A stretch of 64,000 bases of DNA. Source: Alphaproteobacteria bacterium. GTDB lineage: Bacteria; Pseudomonadota; Alphaproteobacteria; MPNO01; UBA830. The DNA lies in contig OZ219791.1 of the NCBI GenBank assembly GCA_964291215.2, positions 96,001 through 160,000 of the forward strand. The letters are read 5' to 3'. The notes beneath the pieces are model-generated. The model had not been told where the DNA came from, searched no databases, and was given only the letters and a program-made list of their open reading frames with translations. Below are positions 1-8,778 of this stretch, one piece after another (within the stretch, counting starts at the first letter, position 1; every line of letters begins with the position of its first letter). The translations under genes were made by a program, and so were the position numbers.

Positions 1-677
1 AACAGCAAGTGGCTCCATGTCGTCACCGACGGAACCCTGACGTGCAAGTTCCCGCACCGCAAGCGCGGCCGAGAGGCAAGAGATCGGCATCATCCCGTGC
101 TACAAGGGCGTCCTAGGCCTCGTACATGGGCTATGACCAGTGTAGCCACCAGCTGTGCGGCAGCCACCTGCTGCGCGAACTGACCTTTGTCGTCGAGGCT
201 ACCGCTGGGCGCGACTGATGAAGAGCCTGCTCCCTGCCACAAGGTCAACAAGAGCGCATCCAAAACCCTGAACGACGCCGGGCCGTGCGCAAGCGCTACC
301 GCACCATCAGGGCGCCAGGGAACTGCCCGATATCCCGCCGCCGCCGAAAGGAAAACGTGGACGCAAGTCCGACGCGCACAACCTGCACGAACGTCTCGTG
401 AAACACGAAAAGTCAGTCCTGCGCTTCACAGACGACCCCAACGTCAGCTTCACCAACAATGCCGGAGAACAGAAGATCAGGATGGCAAAGGTCAAGGTGT
501 CCGGATGCTTCCGCTCCACGCAAAAGCATGGTGCCGGAGCTCAAGCTACCTCACCTCCATGGCCGCACTCGGCTACAACCCACTCGTCGCCACCCAGATC
601 GCCCTCGACGGAAAAGCCGCAGACATCATCAACGAGCACTACGACCAATCAGAACCCAACAAGGGGTGAGTAGATAC
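1..677 (+). mobile_element. IS66-family element, 3' part (degenerate, intron-free allele)
   Basis: Transposase remnants (HLLREL, FTNNAGEQKIRMAKVK..SGCFR). Right end GGGGTGAGTAGATAC at 663-677 matches the other IS66 copies. Intron target site gacgacc|ccaacg is empty at 431-443. Confidence 0.9.
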
Positions 678-1377
678 CCGTACGTCCGGTTTTCCCGGTT
701 CAAGCATCAGGCACCCACTTGGAGTTCGGTGCGGAGCCTTCCCACGCCATGGTCAAGGCTGACCCAGCCATACCCACGGCATCTCCGAGCGTTTGCTCCG
801 TCCTTCGGCCTTGCAGTCTGTCGGTCTGAGTACCGACTTGACCTGCCGCAGAGGCCACCTGAGCCCTGAGGTCCTCGCTCGGGACGGGTTGTGTTGTCCC
901 GCCCCTTAGGCGACCTCATCCGCCAGTCAGGAGGACTCCGCGTCCTTTCCCGTTTCCCGGTTATAGACGCGGTCCTTGACGGGTCGCTTCATCCTGTCTG
1001 TCCTCCTCACCTTCCGGTCTTTCACTGCTGATCTGTCCCGGATTGCCGCCGTCTGTACCCCGGGGAACCCGATGCGTGTTCCTCAGTTCTTCCGCATCGA
1101 CACTGGCCATCGGGTAGCAACCTTGGCGTTCACCGTCTATCCCACAAATCAGCTTCGTGTGGGTGGGGAATTTCGGGGCTTCCCGTTCGCTTTCGCCCTC
1201 CGGTTTGCTCGCCGCCCTGGCTGACCGAACCGGCTGGACACTGCGTTCCAGCCAGCCCACGACGGCTTCCTACGTCCCAGCTCGCTGGTCCAGGGTCGCC
1301 CCTGAACCAATGCTACGGCGCCAAACTGAGAATTGCGGGACTTTCACCCGCAAGATCAGCAGCTAGACTCGCTGCAC
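678..1377 (-). mobile_element. ORF-less group II intron variant A, 3' end cut in domain V by IS66
   Basis: Collinear with 56827-57677. 5' end GTGCAGCGAG at 1377 on the minus strand. IS66 abuts the domain V sequence ccgtacgtccgg. Confidence 0.8.
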
Positions 1378-1495
1378 GCTTGCCGCTCCCCAACGCTTCG
1401 CCTCACGACGCATGGTTCACGGAGGAAGTGGTGGTTAGCCTCTCTTCCTGCCGGGACTCTCACCCGGCGACATCCTACCAGTTAGCCTTGCGCTC
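1378..1495 (-). mobile_element. 5' end (domain I start) of an RT-type group II intron, divergent copy
   Basis: Homologous to 32655-32779. Terminus reads GAGCG instead of GTGCG. Confidence 0.7.
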
Positions 1496-1500
1496 CCACC

Positions 1501-2655
1501 ATGCCGAAAATCACCAAGAGAACCGTCGACGCCCTCGTCCCCGCCGAACGCGAGAGGGTCGTCTGGGACGACGACATCAAGAGCTTCGGCGTTCGCGCCC
1601 ATCCCTCGGGCCGCAAGGTCTATATCGTCAAGTACCGTCACGAAGGACGCGCCATCAAGACCTCCATCGGACCGCATGGCCCCATCACTCCGGCCGCCGC
1701 CAGGGCGCGCGCCGCGGAGATCGTCACCCTCGCCAGGACCGGGCGCGACCTCGAGGGCAGGATCCCGCGAAAGTCCGGCGGACCCACCATGGCCGACCTC
1801 GCCAAGCGTTTCATGGACGACTATGCCCCCGACCATCTCAAGCCCAGCACCGCCAGGCTCTACCGCGAAATCATCGACAAGCGCATTCTCCCCCGGCTCG
1901 GCAAGCGCCGGGTGGCCGATATCGGCCGGGCGGACGCCGCCGCCCTCCATCACGAGATGCGCGACGTTCCCGGCCACGCCAACCGCACCCTCGGCATCCT
2001 TTCCCGCATGCTGACCATGGCCGAGGTCTGGGAGATGCGCCCCGAGGGCGTCAACCCGTGCCGGTTCGTCAGGAAGTATCCCGAACACAAGCGCGAGCGG
2101 TTCCTGTCCGATGACGAGTACCGCCGCCTCGGCGCCGCGCTGCGCGATGCGGAGCGCGAGGGCTTCGCCTCGCCCGAGGCGGTCGCCGCGATCCGGTTGC
2201 TGATGCTGACCGGATGCCGAAGCGGCGAAATCCTCTCCCTGCGGTGGGACCATGTCGACCTCGACCGGGGCGAGTTGCGGTTGCCGGATTCGAAGACCGG
2301 AGCGAAGATCGTGCATCTCGGCGAACCCGCCGTCGCCGTGCTGCGCGGCATACGGCGCACCGGCGACGGCCCCTGGGTATTCCCCGGCCAGAAGCCGGGC
2401 GCCCATCTCGCCTTCCTGCACGGCCCATGGCATCGCATCCTGAAGCGCGCCGGCATCAAGGATCTGCGCATCCATGACCTCCGCCACAGCTTTGCCAGCG
2501 GCGGTCTGCTGGTCGGCAAGGGCCTGCCGATGATCGGCAAGCTGCTCGGACACAACAAGGTCCAGACGATCGCCCGCTATGCCCATCTCGCCAACGATCC
2601 CGTCAAGTCCGCCGCCAACAGGATCGCCACCAGAATCGCCGAGGTCGCGGGGTGA
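1501..2655 (+). CDS. Tyrosine recombinase/integrase with N-terminal arm-binding domain
   Basis: 384 aa. N-terminus KITKRTVDAL...WDDDIKSFGVR; catalytic LTGCRSGE, HDLRHSF, LLGH..IARY. Uninterrupted. Confidence 0.93.
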   Translation: MPKITKRTVDALVPAERERVVWDDDIKSFGVRAHPSGRKVYIVKYRHEGRAIKTSIGPHGPITPAAARARAAEIVTLARTGRDLEGRIPRKSGGPTMADLAKRFMDDYAPDHLKPSTARLYREIIDKRILPRLGKRRVADIGRADAAALHHEMRDVPGHANRTLGILSRMLTMAEVWEMRPEGVNPCRFVRKYPEHKRERFLSDDEYRRLGAALRDAEREGFASPEAVAAIRLLMLTGCRSGEILSLRWDHVDLDRGELRLPDSKTGAKIVHLGEPAVAVLRGIRRTGDGPWVFPGQKPGAHLAFLHGPWHRILKRAGIKDLRIHDLRHSFASGGLLVGKGLPMIGKLLGHNKVQTIARYAHLANDPVKSAANRIATRIAEVAG

Positions 2656-3003
2656 TATCGTCTTCCCGCCAAGTGTGGACTTCTGCCTCAGGGATGGAGG
2701 CTCAGCTCATGATACGCTTAGCTTGAGTGGGGATCAGGTAAAAAATTACAACGAGTTGGCGCCATACACGCGCAATCCTGCGCAGGGCTGCGTCAGGCCA
2801 TGACCTGTCTCCGACGGAGACGGCCCTCAGACGAATACCGTGGTACCGGCAGGCGAGAAAAAGCCGGTTCGGCAGGTCGTCGCTAGGCCGGCGATGCGCA
2901 CGTCGCGCTGCTTGGTGCCTCCTCAAGACGGACATAGCGCAGTTTCGCCGAGCAGAGCATGGGGGTATGTTTCGGCGGAGTGGCATTCTTGCTGGAGGGC
3001 AGC

Positions 3004-4986
3004 TTGAACAATGCCGACCTGAACTGGATCGCGAACTACATCTGGAGCATTGCGGACGATGTGCTGCGCGACCTCTATGTGCGCGGCAAGTATCGCGACG
3101 TGATCCTGCCCATGACGGTGCTGCGCCGCCTCGATGCGGTGCTGGAAGACGACAAGCAGGCCGTCCTCGACATGAAGGCCGCGCTCGACGGGGCCGGTGT
3201 GGTCGAACAGGACGCCGCCTTGCGCCAGGCCGCGGGCCAAGCTTTCTACAATAGCTCACCGTTCTCCCTGCGCGACCTGCGCGCCCGCTCCAATCCGCAG
3301 CAGTTGAGGGCTGATTTCGAAGCCTGGCTCGACGGCTTCTCGCCCAATGTGCAGGACATTCTCGACAGCTTCGAATTCCGCAACCAGATCCCGCGCCTCG
3401 TGAAGGCCGACGCGCTGGGCGCGTTGATCGAGAAGCTCACTTCTCCGGACGTCAACCTGAGCCCTGCCCCGATCAGGGACGGCGACGGCGCCGTCCGCCG
3501 CCCCGGCCTCGACAACCACGGCATGGGCACGATTTTCGAAGAACTGGTGCGCCGCTTCAACGAGGAGAACAACGAGGAAGCCGGCGAACACTGGACCCCC
3601 AGGGACGCCGTGCGCCTGATGGCGAAGCTCGTGTTCCTGCCCGTCGCCGACAAGATCGAGTCCGGCACCTACCTGCTCTATGACGGCGCCTGCGGCACCG
3701 GCGGCATGCTGACAGTAGCCGAGGAGACCCTGCAGGAGCTTGCAGCCGAACGCGGCAAGCAGGTCTCCACCCACCTCTACGGCCAGGAAATCAACGCCGA
3801 GACCTGCGCCATCTGCAAGGCCGACCTGCTGCTCAAGGGCGAGGGCGAAGCAGCCGACAACATCGCGGGCGGCCCGGAACATTCCACGCTCGCCAACGAT
3901 GCCTTCCCGTCCCGCGAGTTCGACTTCATGCTGTCCAATCCGCCCTACGGCAAGAGCTGGAAGACCGATCTCGAACGCATGGGCGGCAAGCAGGGAATGC
4001 GTGACCCGCGTTTCCTGATCGAACACGGCGGTGACCCGGAATATTCGCTGGTCACCCGCGTGAGTGACGGCCAGATGCTGTTCCTCGCCAACAAGCTCTC
4101 CAAGATGAAGCGGAGCACACCGCTCGGCAGCCGCATTGCAGAGGTGCACAACGGCAGTTCGCTGTTTACGGGCGACGCGGGCCAGGGCGAGAGCAACATC
4201 CGCCGCTGGATTATCGAGAACGACTGGCTGGAGGCCATCGTCGCCCTGCCGCTCAACCTGTTCTACAACACCGGCATCGCCACCTATGTGTGGGTGCTGA
4301 CCAACCGCAAGCCCGAACATCGGCGCGGCAAGGTGCAGTTGATCGACGCCACCGGCTGGCATCGCCCCTTGCGCAAGAATCTCGGCAAGAAGAACTGCGA
4401 ACTCGGCGAGGACGACATCGGGCGCATCTGCGACACCTTCCTCGCCTTCGAGGAAAGCGAGCAGAGCCGGATTTTCGACAACGCTGCCTTCGGCTACTGG
4501 AAGGTCACGGTCGAGCGGCCCTTGCGCATCGAGGGCATCGATCCGGGTTTTGCTTACAAGGCGTCCGAGATCAAGCTGCTCAAGGAGCACGGCACGCGGA
4601 GCGAGGCCGCCCCGCCTGTCATCCGGCAGATTCACATGCGGGGGACGGAACCCGACCCGCTGCGCGGCCTGTTTGAAACCACCGTCGAAGGCTGCTCGGC
4701 CATTGTGGAGTATGAGCCCGACACCGAGTTGCGCGATACCGAACAGATACCGCTTCAGGAGGATGGCGGCATCGAGGGGTTCTTCCGTCGCGAGGTCCTG
4801 CCCTATGCCGGCGACGCCTGGTATCGGGAGGACAGCGTCAAGACCGGCTACGAGATCAGCTTCAACCGCTACTTCTACAAACCGCAGCCGATGCGCTCGC
4901 TGGAGGAGATACGAGCCGACATCCTCGCGCTGGAGACGGAGGCCGAGGGGTTGCTCGACTCTATCATTGGCAAGGCCGACTCATGA
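3004..4986 (+). CDS. hsdM: Type I restriction-modification methyltransferase subunit M
   Basis: NYIWSIADDVLR start; GEHWTPRD; YDGACGTGGM; NPPY. Probable TTG start at 3004 after GGAGGG. Confidence 0.95.
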   Translation: MNNADLNWIANYIWSIADDVLRDLYVRGKYRDVILPMTVLRRLDAVLEDDKQAVLDMKAALDGAGVVEQDAALRQAAGQAFYNSSPFSLRDLRARSNPQQLRADFEAWLDGFSPNVQDILDSFEFRNQIPRLVKADALGALIEKLTSPDVNLSPAPIRDGDGAVRRPGLDNHGMGTIFEELVRRFNEENNEEAGEHWTPRDAVRLMAKLVFLPVADKIESGTYLLYDGACGTGGMLTVAEETLQELAAERGKQVSTHLYGQEINAETCAICKADLLLKGEGEAADNIAGGPEHSTLANDAFPSREFDFMLSNPPYGKSWKTDLERMGGKQGMRDPRFLIEHGGDPEYSLVTRVSDGQMLFLANKLSKMKRSTPLGSRIAEVHNGSSLFTGDAGQGESNIRRWIIENDWLEAIVALPLNLFYNTGIATYVWVLTNRKPEHRRGKVQLIDATGWHRPLRKNLGKKNCELGEDDIGRICDTFLAFEESEQSRIFDNAAFGYWKVTVERPLRIEGIDPGFAYKASEIKLLKEHGTRSEAAPPVIRQIHMRGTEPDPLRGLFETTVEGCSAIVEYEPDTELRDTEQIPLQEDGGIEGFFRREVLPYAGDAWYREDSVKTGYEISFNRYFYKPQPMRSLEEIRADILALETEAEGLLDSIIGKADS

Positions 4987-6371
4987 TTGACGGCGTCACG
5001 CCTTATCCGGCCTACAAGCCCTCCGGCATCGAGTGGCTGGGGGATGTGCCGGCGCATTGGGAAATTGAACGACTCAAATCCTCGGTGAAAAATGTTGTGG
5101 AGCATACAGCTGATCATAGTAAGGCAGGCCCTATCATCGCTTTGGAGAATGTAAAGAGCTGGACCGGTGGCATCAACGGCACCGCTTCAACTCCTTCATT
5201 TGACAGCCAATTAAAGCGCTTTCGGGCTGGCGATGTGCTGTTCGGCAAACTTCGTCCTTATTTGGCGAAGGTTGCCCGCTTGACGACAGACGGTCTTTGC
5301 GTCGGCGAGTTTCTGGTTCTTCGGCCCCGCCACGGGAACATCATGGAAGCGCACCTTGAGCACCTTTTCCGATCAAAGCCGATCATTGATACGATAAACA
5401 GTTCGACATTCGGGGCGAGGATGCCCCGTGCGGATTGGCAATTCATTGGAAGAATGCCGATCCCTTTCCCACCCCTTCCCGAACAAGCCGCCATCGCCCG
5501 CTTTCTCGACCACATGGACCGGCGCATCACCCGCTGCATCAGCGCGAAGGAGAAGCTGATCGCGCTGCTGGAGGAATACAGGCAGGCCGTTGTCAGCGAG
5601 GCCGTGACCGGCCGGTTTGACGTGCGCACCGGCAAGCCCTACCCGGCCTACAAGCCCTCCGGCATCGAGTGGCTGGGGGATGTGCCGGCGCATTGGGAAA
5701 TTGAACGACTCAAATCCTCGGTGAAAAATGTTGTGGAGCAGACAGCTGATCATAGTAAGGCAGGCCCTATCATCGCTTTGGAGAATGTAAAGAGCTGGAC
5801 CGGTGGCATCAACGGCACCGCTTCAACTCCTTCATTTGACAGCCAATTAAAGCGCTTTCGGGCTGGCGATGTGCTGTTCGGCAAACTTCGTCCTTATTTG
5901 GCGAAGGTTGCCCGCTTGACGACAGACGGTCTTTGCGTCGGCGAGTTTCTGGTTCTTCGGCCCCGCCACGGGAACATCATGGAAGCGCACCTTGAGCACC
6001 TTTTCCGATCAAAGCCGATCATTGATACGATAAACAGTTCGACATTCGGGGCGAGGATGCCCCGTGCGGATTGGCAATTCATTGGAAGAATGCCGATCCC
6101 TTTCCCACCCCTTCCCGAACAAGCCGCCATCGCCCGCTTTCTCGACGGGAAGATCGAGAAGGTCCGGGAAGGCGTCGCCCGGGCGCAAGGCGAGATCGAC
6201 CTGCTGCGCGAGTGGCGCACCCGGCTGATCGCCGATGTCGTCACCGGCAAGCTCGACGTGCGCGTGGCGACAGCCGAACTGCCGGAGACCGCCCCCCTTG
6301 CACCCGCCGACGGGACGGATGCTCCGGCGGATGACGCGCCCGCCCCCGATTCCCCGGATCGGGCGGCGTAG
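4983..6371 (+). CDS. hsdS: Type I R-M specificity subunit with two near-identical TRDs
   Basis: YKPSGIEWLGDVPAHWE and PPLPEQAAIARFLD each occur twice; C-terminal LIADVVTGKLDVR. Overlaps the hsdM stop (ATGA). Confidence 0.95.
   Translation: MIDGVTPYPAYKPSGIEWLGDVPAHWEIERLKSSVKNVVEHTADHSKAGPIIALENVKSWTGGINGTASTPSFDSQLKRFRAGDVLFGKLRPYLAKVARLTTDGLCVGEFLVLRPRHGNIMEAHLEHLFRSKPIIDTINSSTFGARMPRADWQFIGRMPIPFPPLPEQAAIARFLDHMDRRITRCISAKEKLIALLEEYRQAVVSEAVTGRFDVRTGKPYPAYKPSGIEWLGDVPAHWEIERLKSSVKNVVEQTADHSKAGPIIALENVKSWTGGINGTASTPSFDSQLKRFRAGDVLFGKLRPYLAKVARLTTDGLCVGEFLVLRPRHGNIMEAHLEHLFRSKPIIDTINSSTFGARMPRADWQFIGRMPIPFPPLPEQAAIARFLDGKIEKVREGVARAQGEIDLLREWRTRLIADVVTGKLDVRVATAELPETAPLAPADGTDAPADDAPAPDSPDRAA
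5007..6146 (+). repeat. 504-bp direct repeat inside hsdS (5007-5510 and 5643-6146)
   Basis: Offset 636 bp. Only one difference seen by eye (T5105 vs G5741). Confidence 0.9.
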
Positions 6372-6380
6372 GCCAGCGGG

Positions 6381-7031
6381 TTGACCGTGCCGCCGCCCGC
6401 CGCGCCGAAGCTCTACCACATCGTCCATGTGGACCGGTTGTCGTCGATTGTTGCCGACGGCGGCCTCCGGTGCGATGCGGCACTTCAGGCGCAGCCGCGA
6501 CCGGGGACGACCATCGGCATGAACGCGATCAAGCAGCGACGTTTGACCAATCCACTGGAATGCCAGCCCGGGCTCAATGTCGGCGACTGCGTGCCGTTCT
6601 ATTTCTGTCCGCGTTCCGTCATGCTCTTTGTGATCCACAGGGGAAATCATGGCGAACTTGCGTATCGCGGTGGCCAGGATCCCATCGTGCATCTGGAGGC
6701 CGACCTGCGCGAAACGGTCGACTGGGCCGAGCGGAACGGGCGGCGGTGGGCTTTCACCCTGTCCAATGCAGGCTCCCGGTACTTCCAGGACCGGTGCAAC
6801 CTGGCGCGACTCGACGAGATCGACTGGGATGCCGTCGAGGCGCGGGATTGGCGCGCCCCCAAGATTAAGGAGAGCAAGCAGGCGGAGTTCCTTGTCGAGC
6901 GGTCTTTCTCCTGGACGCTGGTTCAGCGCGTCGGCGCGCGCACGTTCGCGGCCCGCGACCGGGCGGCGGAGGCCCTGCGCGCCGCCGCTCATCAGCCTGC
7001 TGTCACGGTTCGGCAGGCGTGGTATTATTGA
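6381..7031 (+). CDS. darT: DarT DNA ADP-ribosyltransferase toxin (DUF4433)
   Basis: LYHIVHVDRL, VPFYFCPRSVML, FTLSNAG, and KQAEFLV with the catalytic Glu. Lies directly upstream of a macrodomain gene. Confidence 0.92.
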   Translation: MTVPPPAAPKLYHIVHVDRLSSIVADGGLRCDAALQAQPRPGTTIGMNAIKQRRLTNPLECQPGLNVGDCVPFYFCPRSVMLFVIHRGNHGELAYRGGQDPIVHLEADLRETVDWAERNGRRWAFTLSNAGSRYFQDRCNLARLDEIDWDAVEARDWRAPKIKESKQAEFLVERSFSWTLVQRVGARTFAARDRAAEALRAAAHQPAVTVRQAWYY

Positions 7032-7049
7032 TGCTGCAAGGGGACAGCG

Positions 7050-8102
7050 ATGATCCGCTTCAAGACGGGTGATATCCTCGCCGAAGATGCCGATGCGCTG
7101 GTCAACACCGTCAACTGCGTCGGGGTGATGGGACGCGGGATCGCGCTCCAGTTCAAGAGGGCGTTTCCCGAGAATTTCCGCGCCTATGCCGAGGCCTGCA
7201 AGCGGGAGGAAGTCCACCCCGGCCGCATGTTCGTCTTCGAGACGGACGCGCTCACCAATCCGCGTTTCATCGTCAACTTCCCGACCAAGCGCCATTGGCG
7301 CGCCAACAGCCGGATCGAGGATATCGATGCCGGGCTAGACGATCTTGCACGGGTGATCCGCGAGCGCGGAATCCGTTCGATCGCGGTGCCGCCGCTCGGC
7401 AGCGGTCTCGGCGGTCTGGATTGGCGCGAGGTGCGGCCGCGCATCGAGGCGGCCCTGCGCGGCCTCGACAATCTGGATACCGTCGTCTTCGAGCCAGACG
7501 GCACACCGGCGCTGATGGCGCACAGCCGCGAAGTTCCGACGATGACGCCGGGGCGGGCCGCGCTGGTCGGGCTGATGAACCGCTATCTGAACGGCCTCCT
7601 CGATCCCTCCATCACCCTGCTGGAAGTCCACAAACTGTTGTACTTCATGCAGGTCGCGGGCGAGCCGCTGAGGCTCCGCTACACAAAGGCCCTCTACGGG
7701 CCTTATGCCGAGAATCTGCGCCATGTCCTCAACGCGCTGGAGGGACACTTCATAACCGACTACGGCGACGGTGGCGACCGGCCCGACAAGCTGCTGGAAA
7801 TCGTCCCCGGCGCGGTCGAGGACGCCACCGAGGTCCTGGACCGTTCCCCCACGACGCGGGAGCGTTTCGAGAGGGTCGCCGATCTAGTCGACGGGTTCGA
7901 ATCGGCTTTCGGCCTCGAGCTGCTCTCGACGGTGCATTGGGTTCTCGAACACGAGGCGCCAGCGTCGTCGGAAGAGGTTATCGCGACAACCTACGCCTGG
8001 AACGAGCGCAAGAAGAGGTTCTTTCCCCGGCAGATCGAGTTGGCGGTTGGCGTGCTGACCGAAAAGGGCTGGACCGCCGGCCTCCATGCCGCCCAGCCAT
8101 GA
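7050..8102 (+). CDS. darG: DarG macrodomain antitoxin
   Basis: GDIL..ALVNTVNCVGVMGRGIA, NFPTKRHW, PPLGSGLGGL; C-terminal YGPYAENL..GLELLSTVHW domain. Confidence 0.92.
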   Translation: MIRFKTGDILAEDADALVNTVNCVGVMGRGIALQFKRAFPENFRAYAEACKREEVHPGRMFVFETDALTNPRFIVNFPTKRHWRANSRIEDIDAGLDDLARVIRERGIRSIAVPPLGSGLGGLDWREVRPRIEAALRGLDNLDTVVFEPDGTPALMAHSREVPTMTPGRAALVGLMNRYLNGLLDPSITLLEVHKLLYFMQVAGEPLRLRYTKALYGPYAENLRHVLNALEGHFITDYGDGGDRPDKLLEIVPGAVEDATEVLDRSPTTRERFERVADLVDGFESAFGLELLSTVHWVLEHEAPASSEEVIATTYAWNERKKRFFPRQIELAVGVLTEKGWTAGLHAAQP

Positions 8103-8226
8103 CCGCGGCTGCCGCAAGACAGGCTTCGAATGGACGGTTCAGCAAGGCGCCGGGCCGGGCGTTCCTTTTCACGCTGTCCTGGGTCAGGCCGAGGGCAGCG
8201 CCGCAAACCGGAAGGAGCTAACCGAG

Positions 8227-8454
8227 ATGACAGACTGGGAAACATGCCCGGCTGTGGAGCAGACGCCGGGGAAGGTCAGCGGTGCATGGGTTTTTGCCGG
8301 TACGCGGGTCCCGTTGTTCGCCCTTTACGAGAACCTCGCCAGCGGCGCCACGGTCGACGATTTCGTCGAGTGGTTTCCCGGTGTGGACAAGAAGAAGTTT
8401 CGCGCGGTGCTCGAACACGAAGCCCGGGCGTTGAGGACGGCGCTGGCGCGTTGA
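8227..8454 (+). CDS. DUF433-family antitoxin-like protein
   Basis: PGKVSGAWVFAGTRVP...GATVDDFVEWFP. Confidence 0.85.
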   Translation: MTDWETCPAVEQTPGKVSGAWVFAGTRVPLFALYENLASGATVDDFVEWFPGVDKKKFRAVLEHEARALRTALAR

Positions 8455-8777
8455 GACTCCTGCTCGACCAGGGAACGCCCGCGCCGCTGCGGCGTCATCT
8501 CCCGGCGCATTCCGTGGACACGCTGGCCGAGAAGGGCTGGTCCGACAAGGACAACGGCGAGTTGCTCGAACTGGCGGAGCGGGAAGGATACGAAATTCTC
8601 GTCACGACCGATCAGAGCCTTCGCTATCGGCAGAATCTGGAAGGCAGGAAGATCGGCATCGTCATTCTGCTTTCGACCAACTGGACGGCGATCAGCCGTC
8701 ATGTGCTGGAGATTGGACAGGCGATCGCGGCAGTGCGGCCGGACAGGGTTGTCGAGGTGCCCATTCAGGCAAAATGA
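8451..8777 (+). CDS. DUF5615 PIN-like toxin
   Basis: TTG start overlapping the DUF433 stop. RLLLDQ...DNGELLELAE...LVTTDQ. Confidence 0.82.
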   Translation: MRLLLDQGTPAPLRRHLPAHSVDTLAEKGWSDKDNGELLELAEREGYEILVTTDQSLRYRQNLEGRKIGIVILLSTNWTAISRHVLEIGQAIAAVRPDRVVEVPIQAK

Positions 8778-8778
8778 C

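Noticed and set aside
5007-6146. hsdS repeat plus nearby RTs as a DGR template/variable pair
   Set aside because: Only one mismatch, and it is not adenine-specific. The RTs lie inside group II intron termini with domains V/VI.
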